Below the pieces are notes generated by a model. That model did not search any database, was not told where the DNA came from, and saw only the letters and a program-made list of their open reading frames with translations. This document shows, piece after piece, positions 52,913 through 62,549 of a stretch of DNA of 64,000 bases (position 1 is its first letter; each line of letters opens with the position of its first letter). This DNA is from an uncultured Ectothiorhodospiraceae bacterium (GTDB lineage: Bacteria; Pseudomonadota; Gammaproteobacteria; Nevskiales; Oceanococcaceae): the NCBI GenBank assembly GCA_937141935.1, contig CAKZQS010000043.1, forward strand, positions 25,152-89,151, written 5' to 3'. The position numbers and the translations under genes are program-made.

Positions 52913-53395
52913 ATGAAGAAGCTGGCTTTTGTTCTGGGCCTGGTGGCCGTCGCCTTCGGGGCCTGGTATGTCTTTGGGCCCGGGGCCATTGCGCCGCAGC
53001 CGGGCGCCGAAAGCACGGGCGTCGACCTCGCCGCGTTGCGGGCCCCGGAGGGCGCGACCGATGAGGAGGCCCTGGAGTTTCGTGCGCGCAAGCGCTGGGA
53101 TGCGATGATCGAGCTCGATCTCGACACGACCTACGAGTTCGCCACGCCGACCTATCGCGCCAACTACAACCTGGCCCACTACCGTCGCCAGTACGCCGCG
53201 CAGGTGAAGCGGACTGGCTTCGAGGTCTACAGCGTCGATATCGACGAGACCGACCCGCGCAAGGCCAAGGTTGTGATCCTGTTGAACTACGAGACGGCGG
53301 GCTATGAGCCCGAACAGGTGCTGAAGCTGCAAAGCCGGCTCGTCAACACCTGGGTCAAGCGCAACGGAGAGTGGTGGTTCGTCGAGCCGCGCTAG
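52913..53395 (+). CDS. Small membrane-anchored protein of unknown function (NTF2-like C-terminal signature)
   Basis: 160 aa. N-terminal anchor MKKLAFVLGLVAVAFGAWYVF. Ends in NTWVKRNGEWWFVEP. Confidence 0.55.
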   Translation: MKKLAFVLGLVAVAFGAWYVFGPGAIAPQPGAESTGVDLAALRAPEGATDEEALEFRARKRWDAMIELDLDTTYEFATPTYRANYNLAHYRRQYAAQVKRTGFEVYSVDIDETDPRKAKVVILLNYETAGYEPEQVLKLQSRLVNTWVKRNGEWWFVEPR

Positions 53396-53416
53396 GCCGG
53401 TTCGGGTGTTGATCCG

Positions 53417-54154
53417 GTGCTGAGCTTCGTCTGCATCGGCGCCCAGAAGGCCGGCACCTCCTGGGTGCACGCCCAGCTGGCGCGCTCCCCGGAGATCGGC
53501 TTTCCCCGCGGCAAGGAAGTGCACTATTGGGATTGGGTTCAGCGTGGCAAGCGCCCGCTGAACCTGATCCGTTATGTGGAGCCTTTCGCGCGGGATGCGG
53601 ACAGTCCTCGCCTGCTGGGCGACATGACGCCGGCCTATGCCACCGTCCGCCCCGAGTACGTGCACCTGCACGCGCAAATGTATCCCGAGGCGCCGCTGTT
53701 CATGCTGCTCCGGGACCCTGTCGAGCGGGCCTGGTCGGCGGCGCGCATGGATTGGGCCGCCGAACACCCGCAGGCGTCGATGTCTCCCGATCCGGCCTGG
53801 TTGGCGGCCTACCTGCGAGACCCGGAGGTTTTGGCCAAGGGCGACTACGCCCGCAGCCTGCGCACCTGGGGCGCCTACTTTCCCGCCGGCCGGCTGCGCG
53901 CCTTCATGTATGCGGACATCGCCCGCCGCCCGCGGCCGCTGCTGCGGGATATCTGCGCGCATATCGGTGCCGATGATGCCTTTGTCGATGACATCACCGA
54001 TGCGGCGCTGATGGAACGCGTGCGCCCCGGTCCCCGTTCCGCGCCCTGTCCGCCAGCAATGGCAGCCGAACTGCGCGCCTGGTACCTGCCGCGCATGCGT
54101 GCGCTGGAAGACCTGCTCGGCCAGGCCCTGCCGGACTGGCAGGCTGCCACGTGA
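53417..54154 (+). CDS. Sulfotransferase
   Basis: GTG start. 5'-PSB GAQKAGTSWV and 3'-PB LRDPVERAWS. Confidence 0.8.
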   Translation: MLSFVCIGAQKAGTSWVHAQLARSPEIGFPRGKEVHYWDWVQRGKRPLNLIRYVEPFARDADSPRLLGDMTPAYATVRPEYVHLHAQMYPEAPLFMLLRDPVERAWSAARMDWAAEHPQASMSPDPAWLAAYLRDPEVLAKGDYARSLRTWGAYFPAGRLRAFMYADIARRPRPLLRDICAHIGADDAFVDDITDAALMERVRPGPRSAPCPPAMAAELRAWYLPRMRALEDLLGQALPDWQAAT

Positions 54155-55164
54155 GCCGCCCCCGGACATCGGCGCCGCCGCCGGCGCCATGGCTGTTTTG
54201 CCACCTGCCCAAGACCGCGGGGACGTCCTTTCGCGCCGCGTTGGGCGAGGTGCTGCCGGCGCAGGAACTGCTGCTCGATTATGGACGCGACAAGGCCTTC
54301 ACCAGCGCGGACCTGGAGGCGCGCCTGAAGCTGCCTGAAGAAAAGCGGGACTGGCGGGTGTTGGCGGGCCATGTGTCACTGCGGCGCTATGCGAGCCTGT
54401 TCGACCCCCGCCAGGTCATCGCCTTCCTGCGCGACCCGCTGCAGCAGTTGTATTCCCACCACCAGCACCACCAGCGGCGCTTCGATGACCCGCGCAGCCT
54501 CGCCGAGTTTGCACTCTCGCCTGCGGGCGCCGGCCTGCAGCGGCGCATGCTGGGCGAAGTGCCCGTGCAGTTGCTGGGCTTTGTCGGCCTGACCGAGCAA
54601 TACGCGGACAGCCTGAAGCTGCTGGCGCGGTCCCATGGCCTGCTGCTGCCGGCGCGCCACGCCAACAGCAACCCGAACAAGTCGGATCCCCGCTACCCGC
54701 TGCGCACCAGCGACCTGCCGGGGGAATGTCGCAAGGCCATTCACGCCGACCAGCGTTATTACATCCAGGCGACGCGGGTGCTGCGCGAGCGGCTGCGCTT
54801 CGGGAGCGAACAGCCCTGGGTCCATGGGGCCGTCACGGGTCTCAGCGCCGAGCGCGTCGACGGACTGGCCTTGGCCCCCATCGGCGAGACCCGCCCGCTG
54901 GCGCTGGAGGTGCGCGTCGACGGCGAGCACGTGGGGCTGGCCTGCACCGGCTATGCGCGCGACCTGCCTCTGGGCATGCGGCTCGCCGACGACAGCCGGC
55001 CCGGTTTCGTTTTTCACTTCCCGCGCCCACTTCCGCTGGGGGCCCGCGTTGATCTGTATGCCTGGGAAAGCGGGCAATGGCTGGATGCGCAGGAGCTGCG
55101 TGCCAGGGGCCCGGTCACGCCGCCCATGCGGCGGCGGCCGCGCGCGATGCGGGCTTCGGCATGA
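54151..55164 (+). CDS. Sulfotransferase (family-2-like) with C-terminal extension
   Basis: GTG 54151 (GTGA overlap). Motifs HLPKTAGTSF and LRDPLQQLYS. Confidence 0.7.
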   Translation: MSRPRTSAPPPAPWLFCHLPKTAGTSFRAALGEVLPAQELLLDYGRDKAFTSADLEARLKLPEEKRDWRVLAGHVSLRRYASLFDPRQVIAFLRDPLQQLYSHHQHHQRRFDDPRSLAEFALSPAGAGLQRRMLGEVPVQLLGFVGLTEQYADSLKLLARSHGLLLPARHANSNPNKSDPRYPLRTSDLPGECRKAIHADQRYYIQATRVLRERLRFGSEQPWVHGAVTGLSAERVDGLALAPIGETRPLALEVRVDGEHVGLACTGYARDLPLGMRLADDSRPGFVFHFPRPLPLGARVDLYAWESGQWLDAQELRARGPVTPPMRRRPRAMRASA

Positions 55165-56864
55165 CTGCCCGCCTGCAGCTGCTGCGCCTGGCGCGGCGGC
55201 TCTGGCGCCCGCTGCCCTTGCCGCTGCGGCTGGCCCTGTCGAGTCCGGCGGGCTGGCTGCGTGAGCGGCTGTTGCGGCACAGCCACTGGCACTATCGCGA
55301 CTGGATTGCCGCCGTCGAGCCGCGCCCCGAGCATCGGGCCGCGATGCGTACGCATCTCGAATCCCTGGGGGTGGCCGAGCTGCCCTTGCGGGCCGTACTC
55401 GACGCACGGCAGGCCGCCCCTGAGGCTGTTCAAGCGTCGCTGGACAGCCTGGCGGCGCAGTGGTTGCCCTGGGCGGCGCCCATCGTGTGGCGCGAGGGCC
55501 CGCTGAGCGCCTGCCTGTCCGGCCAGCAGGCCGGCGGGCTCATCACGGTGCTGCGTGCCGGCGATCGGCTGGCGCCCAGTGCGGGCTATTTTTTGCGCTT
55601 GGCCGTCCAGCGCCGCCCCGCGACCCGGCTGTGGCTCAGCGACGAGGACCGCATGGTCGATGGGCACCGCGCCGAGCCGCTGTTTCATGGGCAGTTCGAC
55701 CCGCTGCAATACTGGGCGGGCGCGCAGCTGCCGGGCGTCGTCAGCCTGCGCTGGGACGAGTCGACCGCCGGCCCCGTGGCCCAGGCCAGCGAATGGCCGC
55801 CGCTGCTGGCCGCCGTAATCGCGCAATGCGAGCCAGAGCAGATCGGCCACGTCGACAGCGTGCTGCTGCATCGCGCGCAGCCGGCGCCACCGCCGCACCT
55901 GCCGCCCTTGCCGGCCGGCCTGGAGCGCGAGGCGGGGCCCGCGGCTCCGGTGCTGCGGGCCACGTTGCCGGGCGCCGCGCCGCTGGTTTCGATCCTGATC
56001 CCCACACGCAACGGCGAGCACCTGGTGCGCCAATGCCTGGCCAGCATCGCCGAACGCGCGCCGCACAATCGTTGTCGCGTCGAGATTCTGCTGATCGACA
56101 ACGGCAGCGACTGCGAGCGGGCGCGTGCGTATTTTTCCACCTGCGAGGCGGCCGGCGAGCTGCGCTGCATCCGTGTGGATGCGCCCTTCAATTATTCGGC
56201 GCTGAACAACATCGCGGCGGAGCAGGCCCGCGGCGAGTTGCTGTTGCTGCTGAACAACGACATCGAGGTGCGCACGCTGGACTGGCTGGATCGCATGGCC
56301 GGTTTCGCGCTGCGGCCGGAGGTCGGTTGCGTCGGCGCCAAGCTCTATTACCCGGACGGGCGCATCCAGCACGCCGGGGTGATCACCGGCCTGGGGCGCC
56401 TCGCCGGGCACGCCCACCGCTTTGCCGCGGCGGACAGCGCCGGCTACGGCGGGCGGCTGTTGCGGCCGCAGCAGCTGTCGGCGGTCACCGCGGCCTGCCT
56501 GATGGTGCGGCGTGAAACCTACGCCGCCGTTGGCGGGCTGGATGCCGAGCACCTGGCCGTGGCCTTTAACGACGTGGACTTTTGCCTGCGCGTGCGCGAG
56601 CAGGGCCTGCGCAATGTCTGGTTGCCCGACGTGGAGCTGGTGCACCACGAGTCCGTGTCGCGCGGGGCCGACGACAACCCGGAGAAGGCCGAGCGCTTTG
56701 CCCGCGAGGCGGCCTATCTGCAGCGCCGCTGGCGCACGGACGAGCGCACCGACCCCGCCTACAGCGTGCACCTGTGCCACGAGGGTGAGGACTTCGGCCT
56801 GAACCGTTGGCCGCGGCCGCAGCGGCCCTGGCTGGGGCAGCCGGCGCCGCCGCGGGCCCTGTAA
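55161..56864 (+). CDS. Glycosyltransferase family 2 with N-terminal extension
   Basis: ATG 55161 (ATGA overlap). The C-terminal half has VSILIPTRNGEHLVRQCLASI, LLIDNGS, LLLLNNDIE, and VAFNDVDFCLRVREQGLRNVWLP. Confidence 0.8.
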   Translation: MTARLQLLRLARRLWRPLPLPLRLALSSPAGWLRERLLRHSHWHYRDWIAAVEPRPEHRAAMRTHLESLGVAELPLRAVLDARQAAPEAVQASLDSLAAQWLPWAAPIVWREGPLSACLSGQQAGGLITVLRAGDRLAPSAGYFLRLAVQRRPATRLWLSDEDRMVDGHRAEPLFHGQFDPLQYWAGAQLPGVVSLRWDESTAGPVAQASEWPPLLAAVIAQCEPEQIGHVDSVLLHRAQPAPPPHLPPLPAGLEREAGPAAPVLRATLPGAAPLVSILIPTRNGEHLVRQCLASIAERAPHNRCRVEILLIDNGSDCERARAYFSTCEAAGELRCIRVDAPFNYSALNNIAAEQARGELLLLLNNDIEVRTLDWLDRMAGFALRPEVGCVGAKLYYPDGRIQHAGVITGLGRLAGHAHRFAAADSAGYGGRLLRPQQLSAVTAACLMVRRETYAAVGGLDAEHLAVAFNDVDFCLRVREQGLRNVWLPDVELVHHESVSRGADDNPEKAERFAREAAYLQRRWRTDERTDPAYSVHLCHEGEDFGLNRWPRPQRPWLGQPAPPRAL

Positions 56865-56876
56865 TACACTGCGCGC

Positions 56877-57728
56877 TTGCCTGGTCGAGTGGAAACGGTG
56901 CCCGAAGCGGAGTCTGCGGCGCAGCCCCTGATCCCCGCACTGCCGCCGCGGGTCCAGGGTCGGAGCCACCTGCGGGTCTTCCTGACGGCCTTGCATGCCT
57001 TTCTGCTGCGCGAGCTCAAGCAGCAGTTCGGCCGCTCGCGGCTGGGCTATTTCTGGGCGGTGGCCGAGCCGGCCGCCACGGTGGCCGTACTGACGCTGAT
57101 CCACGCCGGCATCCGCGGCGGCGAGGCCCAGATCTACGGGGCACACCCGATCGTCTTCTTCGTATTCGGGGCGGTGCCTTTCTTCACCTATTTCCACTGC
57201 GTGAATCGCTGCCAAAACGTCTGCGGCAGCCACAAGGGGCTGTTCAACTACCGGCAGATCAAGCCGGTGGACATCATGCTGGCGCGGGCGATCATTGAGG
57301 CCCTGTCGATGCTCACCGTGGGCGTGCTGTTCGTGATCGGGTGGTTGTGGCTGGGCCACGATTTCAGCCTGCCCGACCCGCTGGTGCTGCTGGCGGCGAT
57401 GCTGGCGCTCTTTGCGCTGGGTCTGGCCGTGGGTCTGATATTCGAGGTGTTCGGCACGGTCTACCCGGATCTGCGCCGCGTCTTCACGATTGCGATGCGG
57501 CCGATGATTTTCATCTCGGGGCTGTTCTTCACCATCGAGATGATCCCGCCCCAGCACCGCCACCTGTTGACCTGGAACCCGGTGCTGCACGCGGTCGACT
57601 TCGCGCGCGAGGGCGTGCTGGCGGGCTATGACTCGCCGGCCAGCGGCAGCTACCTGCTGCTGTGCATTCTCGGCCTGCTGCTGGTCGCCTTCTCGGCCTA
57701 CCGCCGCTTCATGTACCGGCTGATCTGA
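56877..57728 (+). CDS. kpsM: ABC-2 type polysaccharide export permease (KpsM/Wzm type)
   Basis: Polytopic. N-terminal LRELKQQFGRSRLGYFWAVAEP is typical of ABC-2 capsule permeases. The start is uncertain (TTG 56877 or GTG 56889). Confidence 0.8.
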   Translation: MPGRVETVPEAESAAQPLIPALPPRVQGRSHLRVFLTALHAFLLRELKQQFGRSRLGYFWAVAEPAATVAVLTLIHAGIRGGEAQIYGAHPIVFFVFGAVPFFTYFHCVNRCQNVCGSHKGLFNYRQIKPVDIMLARAIIEALSMLTVGVLFVIGWLWLGHDFSLPDPLVLLAAMLALFALGLAVGLIFEVFGTVYPDLRRVFTIAMRPMIFISGLFFTIEMIPPQHRHLLTWNPVLHAVDFAREGVLAGYDSPASGSYLLLCILGLLLVAFSAYRRFMYRLI

Positions 57729-57733
57729 GCGCG

Positions 57734-58408
57734 ATGATCCGCCTGACCCGCGTCACCAAGACCTATCCGTTGCTCGGCATGGCCCGGCACACGGTGTTCC
57801 GCAACCTGTCGCTGGAGCTGCCCTCGCGGACCCATATCGGCATCCTGGGCCGCAACGGGGCGGGAAAGTCCACGCTGCTGCGCCTGATCGGGGGCGCCGA
57901 GCTGCCGGATCGCGGGCGGGTGGAATCCGATGGCAGCATCTCGCCGCCGCTGGGGCTGGCGAACGGCTTCGCCGTCAAGATCTCCGGGCGCGACAATGCG
58001 CGTTTCGTGGCGCGGATCTGCGGCGACGACGACGACGCGGCGCAGGAGCGAATTCGTTTCGTGCGCGAGTTTTCCGAGCTGGGCGTATTCTTCGACCGGC
58101 CGGTCGAGACCTACTCCTCCGGCATGCGCGCCCGCCTGGCCTTCTCGATCAGCATGTCCTTCGACTACGACTACTACCTGATCGATGAACTGACGGCCGT
58201 TGGCGACAAGCGCTTCCGCGACAAGGCCGAGCGCACCTTCAAGGAAATGAAGGGGCGGGCCAGCATCATCATGGCCAGTCACAATCTCGCGCAGCTGCGC
58301 CGCGACTGCGAGATCGGCGTTTATTTGAAGGGGAATGCGGTGCATTACTACGACGACATCGGGGCGGCTGTGGCCGCCTATGAGCACGACCAGCGGCAGG
58401 CCGCATGA
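57734..58408 (+). CDS. kpsT: Polysaccharide export ABC transporter ATP-binding protein (KpsT type, no C-terminal glycan-binding domain)
   Basis: ATG 57734. Walker A GRNGAGKST, signature YSSGMRARL, Walker B YYLIDE. 224 aa. Confidence 0.9.
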   Translation: MIRLTRVTKTYPLLGMARHTVFRNLSLELPSRTHIGILGRNGAGKSTLLRLIGGAELPDRGRVESDGSISPPLGLANGFAVKISGRDNARFVARICGDDDDAAQERIRFVREFSELGVFFDRPVETYSSGMRARLAFSISMSFDYDYYLIDELTAVGDKRFRDKAERTFKEMKGRASIIMASHNLAQLRRDCEIGVYLKGNAVHYYDDIGAAVAAYEHDQRQAA

Positions 58409-59517
58409 GCGCACGCTGGCAACAGTTGATGGCGCAAAGCCGCCTGCGTCGCTACGCCGTGGCGGTGGCGTTGCCGACGCTGATCGTCTGGGCCTACCTG
58501 GGCCTGGTGGCCACGGAAGGCTACGTCGCCCGCGCCGAGATCCTGATCGAGCACGACGACAGCGCCACCGTCCCCAGCGTGGACCTGGGCCTGCTGTCGA
58601 TCGGCAGCGAGAGCGACAAGCTCGACGCGCTGGTCGTGCAGACCTACATGCGCTCGCGCGCGATGCTGGCCGAGCTGGATGCGGAACTCGACCTGCGCGG
58701 CCATTTCGCGAGCACCGATATCGACCCCTGGCAGCGACTGGGCGCCGGGGAAACGGCCGAAGGCTTCCTGGATTATTACCGCGGTCTGCTCGAGACCGAG
58801 GTGGATCCTGAGTCCTTTGTCATCAGCGTGGCCTACACCGCCTATGACGCCGCCTTCGCCCAGGCTGTCGTTGCCGCGCTGCTGCGCCACGCCGAGCAGT
58901 TCGTCAACGCGATCAGCCGGCAGATGGCGGACGAGAAACTGCGCTTCATTCGCCAGGAGGTCGATGCGGCCCAGGTCCGGTTGAAAGCAGCCACGCGGGA
59001 GCTGATCGCGCTGCAGCGGCAGACCGATGTGCTGAGCCCCGAGCAGGAAACCACCGCCGCCGGTCAGATCCTCGGCGGCCTGCTGGCCGAGCTGGCGCGG
59101 CAGCGCACCGAGCTGCGCGCGCTGCAGAACTTCCTGAACCCGGACGCCCCGGAAGTCGCGTTGACGCGGCAGAAGGTGCGTGCGCTGGAGGAGCAGATCG
59201 AGGATGAGCGCGAGCGCCTGGTGGGCGCTGATGGCGCCGGCGGGCTGAACGACCTGTGGCTGCGCTACCAGGACGCCGAGGTCAATCTGACGCTGACTCA
59301 GGAGGTCTACAAGAACGCGCTGGCGAGCCTGGAGACCACCCGCCTGGATGCCGCGCGCAAGGCCAAGTTCCTGGTGGCGCTGTCGCCGCCGCTGCAGCCG
59401 GAAGAGGCGGAGCGGCCGCGCACCGCCTACTGGACGCTGACCGTCTTTGTTTTTCTGAATCTTGTTTATCTGGTCGCGGGCCTGCTACTGGCCACGATTC
59501 GCGACCACCGGGAGTAA
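58405..59517 (+). CDS. kpsE: Capsule export inner-membrane adaptor (KpsE type, PCP-3)
   Basis: ATGA overlap with kpsT. An N-terminal and a C-terminal TM segment flank a coiled-coil-rich periplasmic region. Position between kpsT and kpsD. Confidence 0.7.
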   Translation: MSARWQQLMAQSRLRRYAVAVALPTLIVWAYLGLVATEGYVARAEILIEHDDSATVPSVDLGLLSIGSESDKLDALVVQTYMRSRAMLAELDAELDLRGHFASTDIDPWQRLGAGETAEGFLDYYRGLLETEVDPESFVISVAYTAYDAAFAQAVVAALLRHAEQFVNAISRQMADEKLRFIRQEVDAAQVRLKAATRELIALQRQTDVLSPEQETTAAGQILGGLLAELARQRTELRALQNFLNPDAPEVALTRQKVRALEEQIEDERERLVGADGAGGLNDLWLRYQDAEVNLTLTQEVYKNALASLETTRLDAARKAKFLVALSPPLQPEEAERPRTAYWTLTVFVFLNLVYLVAGLLLATIRDHRE

Positions 59518-59519
59518 GC

Positions 59520-61229
59520 ATGCACCCGCGCACCGCCCCCATTCTCGGCGCCCTGATGCTGCTCGGCAGTGCCACGGCTGGCGCCCAGCCCCCCTTCTTT
59601 TCCGGCCAGCTCGACCCGCAGCTGTCCACCCCGCAGCCGCAGGCCGCCTATCCGGGCCAGCCGCCCGGCGCGCTGCCGCCGCAGTCCACCACGCAAACCC
59701 CGGCGCCGCCGCCGGTGGAGCGCGAGCTGGATGATTCGGTCTTCGGCGGCACGCTGTTCCAGGGCCACTTCGCCCAGGAGTCCTTCCGCGGCTTCAACCC
59801 GGATTACGTTGTCAGCGTCGGCGACTACATCGACCTGCGCCTGTGGGGCGCGGTCGACATGGCGCTGCGGCTGGAGGTCGACTCGCAGGGCAACATCTTC
59901 ATCCCGCGGGTCGGGCCGGTGCGCGTGGCCAATGTGCGCAATGCCGAGCTGGATGCGGTGGTCGAACGGCGCATCAAGCGCATTTACCGCGAGAACGTAG
60001 GCGTTTACGCCTCGCTGGCCGCGGCCGAGCCGGTCAAGGTCTTCGTGACCGGCGGCGTGCAGGCGCCCGGGCTGTACGGCGCCTACGCCGCCGATTCGCT
60101 GCTGCACTTTCTCGACCGCGCCGGCGGCATCGACCTGGACACCGGCAGCTTCCTCGACGTGCGCGTGCTGCGCAGCGGGCGTACGGCGCAGCGCTTCAAC
60201 ATCTATGACTTCCTGGTCGACGGCCAGCTGCCGTTGTTCCAGTTCCGCGATGGCGACACGATCATCGTCGGGCCGCGGCAGGAGACCGCCGAGGTCGGCG
60301 GCATGGTCTACCGGCCGGCGCAGTACGAGTTCGAGGACAGCATTGCCCTGGGCCGGCTGCTGGAGCTGGCCGGCGTCGACCCGCAGGCCACCCACGTCGA
60401 ACTGGCGCGCAACGCCAGCGCCGCGCGCGAGGTGCGCTACCTGACGCTGGCCGACCCGGCCACGGCGGCGCTGCCGGTGCGCGGCGGCGACGAGGTGCAC
60501 GTCACCGCCGACCGCGAGACCGCCAGCATCGTGGCGCAGGTCGAGGGCGAGATCGCCGGGCTGTCGCGCTACGTGCTGCCCTACACCAGTTCGCTGGCCG
60601 ATCTGCTGGTCATGCTGGAGCCGACGACGCGTTCCGATCTCGACGGCGTGCAGCTCTTCCGCCGCAGCCTGGCCGAGCGGCAAAAGGAAGTGCTGGAGCA
60701 GATGCTGCAGAAGCTGGAGCAGTCCGTGCTGTCGGCGCGCTCCAGCACGCGCGAGGAGGCCCAGCTGCGCGCCCAGGAGGCCGAGTTGGTGCTGCGCTTT
60801 GTCGAACGCGCCCGCGACATCGAGCCCACTGGCCAGCTGGTGCTGCACAGCGGTTACGACCCCGAGCGCATCGCTTTGGAGGATCGCGACCGGCTGCTGG
60901 TGCCGCGACTGTCACAAACGGTGGCGGTGCAGGGCGAGGTCTATTTCCCCAGCGCCTTCATCCACCGCGAGGGCAAGGGCCTGGAGTACTACCTGCAGAT
61001 GGCCGGGGGCCTGAGCCAGAACGGCAGCAAGGATCATGTCTTCATCCGCCGGCCCAACGGCGTGATGATCGAGGCCCGCCGCGGCTGGCTCAGCGCCGAG
61101 GAGATCCGCCCCGGCGACGAGATTCTGGTGCTGCCGAAGGTGGACGCGAAGACCTTCCAGTTCTCCAAGGACCTGGTGCAGATCCTGTATCAGATCGCGC
61201 TGTCGGCCGGTGTTGTGCTGCGCATCTAG
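59520..61229 (+). CDS. kpsD: Outer-membrane polysaccharide export protein (KpsD type OPX)
   Basis: ATG 59520. Signal peptide, a Pro/Gln-rich N-terminal stretch, a Poly_export-like region (GDYIDLRLWG ... DSQGNIFIPRVGPVRVAN) and several SLBB-like modules. Confidence 0.75.
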   Translation: MHPRTAPILGALMLLGSATAGAQPPFFSGQLDPQLSTPQPQAAYPGQPPGALPPQSTTQTPAPPPVERELDDSVFGGTLFQGHFAQESFRGFNPDYVVSVGDYIDLRLWGAVDMALRLEVDSQGNIFIPRVGPVRVANVRNAELDAVVERRIKRIYRENVGVYASLAAAEPVKVFVTGGVQAPGLYGAYAADSLLHFLDRAGGIDLDTGSFLDVRVLRSGRTAQRFNIYDFLVDGQLPLFQFRDGDTIIVGPRQETAEVGGMVYRPAQYEFEDSIALGRLLELAGVDPQATHVELARNASAAREVRYLTLADPATAALPVRGGDEVHVTADRETASIVAQVEGEIAGLSRYVLPYTSSLADLLVMLEPTTRSDLDGVQLFRRSLAERQKEVLEQMLQKLEQSVLSARSSTREEAQLRAQEAELVLRFVERARDIEPTGQLVLHSGYDPERIALEDRDRLLVPRLSQTVAVQGEVYFPSAFIHREGKGLEYYLQMAGGLSQNGSKDHVFIRRPNGVMIEARRGWLSAEEIRPGDEILVLPKVDAKTFQFSKDLVQILYQIALSAGVVLRI

Positions 61230-61253
61230 GCGCTGATGGCGACTCGGTGATGA

Positions 61254-62156
61254 CTACTCGGTGGCGGCGCGCGTGCGGTAGGCCGGCGAGGCCCACAGCC
61301 GCAACAGGCTGCGCAGGTGCCATAGCAGATGGCGCAGGCTGCGGAAGGTGCGCCGCCGGGCCGGGTGCACGATGGTCAGGTCGGTATCCAGCCAGACCTT
61401 GAGGCCGCGCGCGCGGGCACGCAGGCAGAGGTCGACGTCCTCGCAATACATGTAATAGCCGGCGTCGAAGCCACCGAGGTCGTGAAAGACATCGGCGCGC
61501 ATCGCCATGAACAGGCCGGCGACCCAGCTGACGCCCACGGTGCCCTGGCGCGGCCCGTACTGCGCGCGTCCGCGACGCAGGCGCAGGATGTTCCGCCACA
61601 GCAGGCGCGTCGGCGTGGGGGTATCGCGGCCGTTGTCGTCCGGAATGCCCTCGGCGTCCAGGGCCAGTGGTGCCACCACGCCGCATTCGCTCTGCTCCAG
61701 CCAGCGCTCGAGCTGCGCAAACAGCGGCTGCGTCAGCACCAGGTCCGGGTCCGCAACCATGACGTGGCCGTGCCGTTGGCCCGCCAGCGCGGCATTGTGA
61801 TTGGCGGCAAAGCCGACCGGCGTGGTGTTTTGGCGGAGCTCGAACTGTGCACCCGCACCGCAGCGGTCCAGCCGTAGCTGAGGCGGCGCCTCCGGCAGGT
61901 TCAGGGTCAGGATCAGCCGGTGCGGCACGTCGCCAAGCTGGCGCGACAGGGCCGCCAGGGTTTCCGCGGCGGCCTGCCCATGGCGGTGGCTGACGACCGA
62001 AATCGTCCAGCGCGGCGGCGCCATATCCGGGGCCGACGCGGCCGCGGGCGCGACGTTGATGCCGGGCGCGCCAAAGGGCATGCTGGCAGGCGAGGGGGCG
62101 AGCGAGGGTCCGTCATGGGGACGGGGGTTCGCGCCACGGCTCGTGGCTGTCGTCAT
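61254..62156 (-). CDS. Glycosyltransferase family 2 (rhamnosyltransferase-like subgroup)
   Basis: Motifs ISVVSHRHG, VADPD, and GGFDAGYYMYCEDVDLCLRARARGLKV. The start is uncertain (ATG 62156, 62081 or 62024). Confidence 0.7.
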   Translation of the reverse strand: MTTATSRGANPRPHDGPSLAPSPASMPFGAPGINVAPAAASAPDMAPPRWTISVVSHRHGQAAAETLAALSRQLGDVPHRLILTLNLPEAPPQLRLDRCGAGAQFELRQNTTPVGFAANHNAALAGQRHGHVMVADPDLVLTQPLFAQLERWLEQSECGVVAPLALDAEGIPDDNGRDTPTPTRLLWRNILRLRRGRAQYGPRQGTVGVSWVAGLFMAMRADVFHDLGGFDAGYYMYCEDVDLCLRARARGLKVWLDTDLTIVHPARRRTFRSLRHLLWHLRSLLRLWASPAYRTRAATE

Positions 62157-62240
62157 CGGGTTAAAACCGGTAAATTGGCGGAGTGGCCTTGGCCACGGGC
62201 GCAATGCGCCGTATAGACATCGGGGTATTTTAGAGTGCGT

Positions 62241-62549
62241 ATGCGGGAATTGCCTGTCAGTGCATTATTTGTGCTGCTGTCATTCAGTGGCTGGGCATTG
62301 CCGTCGGCGGCGGCGGATGATGCCGCGCGCAATTCCTTGCGCGCCTACGGCATAACAACGCCAGCCGAACAGGACGCGGTGGCGCAGCACCTGGGCTCGC
62401 GCTATGGCGCGCGGATTCCGCGGGGTGAACCCCAAGGGCTGTCCGCGGCGGTGCCGACCTTGCTGCACCTGTTCAACGGCGGGCGCGGCGCGAACGAGGA
62501 TTTGGTTCGCCGGCGCGATGCCGCGCCCCAGGATGGGGCAGAGGATTGA
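62241..62549 (+). CDS. Small putative secreted protein, unknown function
   Basis: ATG 62241 (a GTG lies at 62235). Signal-like MRELPVSALFVLLSFSGWALPSAAA. No motif recognised, so the coding status itself is uncertain. Confidence 0.35.
   Translation: MRELPVSALFVLLSFSGWALPSAAADDAARNSLRAYGITTPAEQDAVAQHLGSRYGARIPRGEPQGLSAAVPTLLHLFNGGRGANEDLVRRRDAAPQDGAED

Noticed and set aside
52169-57590. Minus-strand ORFs 52169..54190 (673 aa) and 55014..57590 (858 aa)
   Set aside because: They are antisense to a run of motif-bearing plus-strand genes (PPIase, sulfotransferases, GT2, KpsM). Their translations are low complexity.
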